Source: Octopus bimaculoides (lineage: Eukaryota). From it: a stretch of 64,000 nt of DNA. The notes beneath the pieces were generated by a model. The model worked only from the letters and a program-made list of their open reading frames with translations. It did no database searches and was not told the DNA's origin. Below, in pieces: positions 62,001 to 64,000 of this stretch (positions are counted from its first letter, which is position 1; each line of letters begins with the position of its first letter). The stretch lies in contig NC_069001.1 in assembly GCF_001194135.2 (NCBI RefSeq), forward strand, positions 18,658,886 through 18,722,885. The letters run 5' to 3'. Position numbers and translations under genes: made by a program.

Positions 62001-63876
62001 TGTTTTAGTGCAACAGCCTAATCCTTCCAAAAAAACATTTGTAAACAATTGTCTCAGTTGTGCGACTTCATTCAAACTTTTAACCATGCCGACTACATTT
62101 TCTCAGAGAACACTAATGGGAGTATCCCACATTTTAAATAACGCCATGCATTCTGTACCAAATAGGTTTAGTGATTTTTTTCAGCACATAAATGATTGTC
62201 CTTTTCATTTCACCTCAACAAGTTACATTGCAAATACATTCGTTCCTGTAACACTATATGCTACTTTATTTGATTTAAATAATTTTGGCTTGCCAATTTG
62301 TCACCATGTTTCTTCATTTATGATAGTGATGTCACTACCCATGTCTAATTGCATTTTGACACTAGTGGTTTCGATTCCCACCTTGATGAATTTTCTGTTT
62401 GTTGTACAAATATTTTTCTCTAGTGACAAACTATTTATTTTTTGTTGTTTAGTCCAATTTTTCATCATCTTAGTTCTGCAGTGTGATTTAATGTGTCCTG
62501 TATTCCCACAAGGAAAATACTTCACCTTTTTGAATGGACACTCTTTTCTCAGGTGCCCACCACCGCATACCATACATGGGTTTATCTCCTTTGTGTTTTT
62601 GTGAAACACTTTATCCGTCTTCCAACTTTTTTGCACTGGTTTTATCTGTAAACAATCTCTGCATTGGATTTCTTCTGTGTCTTGCCTTACTTTTAATATC
62701 CTATTGCACTCTTCTGACAGTTCCTGCAGAGTTATATCCTGGTTCATTTCCAGCTTTGCAAGAATTTCCATTCTGACTTCCATGTCCTTTTTAGTAGTAA
62801 GTCCCTGAGCAAAAATCAAGTACTTGAACAAGTCTGAAGTTAGTTTATCCCATTTAAATCTCTCACACTCTCTGTTCACTCGATCCACATATGTGGTAAA
62901 GTCTTCGTTATCGCTTTTCTCAATGTTCAAACACTTCCAATGTGTATTGAACAACAATGTTTTTCATCAAACATCCTACAAAAAATGTCAATTGTGTCTG
63001 TAACATTTATGTCAGAAACTTTTAGACAATATAAAGTTACAGTATTCCTCATGCTCTATCATTGCCAGTTTCCTCTGAATTAGATGCGTTTTCATTTTGT
63101 TTGTCCAGTCTTGGCATTCTTTTCCGAAAATTTGTTCAAATCTTCAGTAATATGACTTGAAAGTGATTCCTTCTTCCAGATCATATTTAAATTTATTTAT
63201 TGAATTTGCTACATGGTCTGGCAAAAATGTATTTTCCGGTTTTGTTATCAATTTCATTAGTTGTAGCATTTGTTGCTGCAACATTTGTTGTTGTTCTTTG
63301 GGTTATTGTTGTTGTTGCTGTTTTTGCAACTCAACTATTTCCCCTAACAAGTTTTCCATAATTTTATGGGTTTTTCGTAAAATATGTACAGCAAAAATGT
63401 TTGTTACCCCTTGAGTTTTTTCATTTCTCCATGTGAAGAATTTTTCAGCATCGTCCACATGAATTGTTTATTTTCTCGTGAAAAAATTTTTTTTCTTTGC
63501 AACACTGTCTGCACGAATCATTTATATCCTCATCGCCACTGTTAAAATGTGGATCCTCGTCTATTTGTATATTGTTGTCAGCACTGTAATATTCTTGTCA
63601 CCACTAATATGTTGTGGTGGTATTCTGTGCCTTATTATCTTTGACTCATCTATTGTGCTATCACTGCCAGCTCTGCAAGACAATGACCTTGAAACATCTA
63701 CCTTGATAGTAGCTTGAACGTGTATATATCATGTAACTGACACTGACTCCAACTGAGAACTCGTACAATGACTCTACTACTACTAACCCTCTACAATGAC
63801 TGACTGTTTGACTTTATAGTGGCTAGTTCATACCACTTTGTCACATGGGAAAGAATGCATTATTTTCACTACAGCA
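59098..63876 (-). mobile_element. Full-length decayed Ty3/Gypsy LTR retrotransposon
   Basis: LTRs 63540-63876 (5') and 59098-59383 (3') with TG...CA ends; TSD CACAT (59093-59097, 63877-63881); PBS TGGCGATGAGGAT after the 5' LTR; PPT AAAAGGGGAGA (59384-59394); gag with two CCHC-type knuckles, protease LDMGSD, RT CADFSTGLN / YLND, RNase H, integrase IVSDNGTQF / SNGQVE. Confidence 0.95.
60526..60818. mobile_element. Fold-back (MULE-like) insertion: 112-bp arms, 12-nt loop, 9-bp TSD
   Basis: Arms 60583-60694 and 60707-60818 differ at 4 positions; GTAGTATTG at 60517-60525 and 60819-60827. Confidence 0.85.
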
Positions 63877-64000
63877 CACATATATATGTGTGTTTGTATG
63901 TATGTATGTGTGTGTATATACACACAAACATTTATACATATATATATTGTGTGTTATGTGTGTATGTCATTCTTTTTTCTCTTCCTCTCCTCCTCCATTT

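Overview
AT-rich, microsatellite-dense animal scaffold DNA with 8 N-gaps. The repeat families look like octopus/coleoid cephalopod; that is an inference from SINE and LINE signatures, not a search. I could not support any host protein-coding gene, true tRNA/rRNA gene or CRISPR array. The window is a layered graveyard of transposable elements. LINEs: RTE (one near-full-length, several 3' fragments with a long repeat-containing 3' UTR), a CRE-clade and two R4/Dong-like restriction-endonuclease LINEs, and several Penelope-like elements (PLEs). LTR elements: a full-length Ty3/Gypsy with both LTRs, PBS, PPT and 5-bp TSD, a solo LTR and Gypsy remnants. DNA elements: mariner, maT (DD37D) and Merlin transposons, two Helitrons and many fold-back/MITE hairpins. 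There are also several tRNA-derived SINE families. Most notable: (1) a tRNA-headed SINE whose 3' half folds as a type I hammerhead ribozyme (12468-12731); (2) a PLE bracketed by inverted hammerhead-bearing termini whose GIY-YIG endonuclease carries an in-frame ~138-aa insert (19692-22228); (3) a twin-primed RTE insertion and an RTE with a precise internal inversion, both nested in another PLE; (4) a cluster of near-perfect palindromes and fold-backs at 50.5-61 kb. All alignments and folds were done by eye; family names come from remembered motifs, not database hits.
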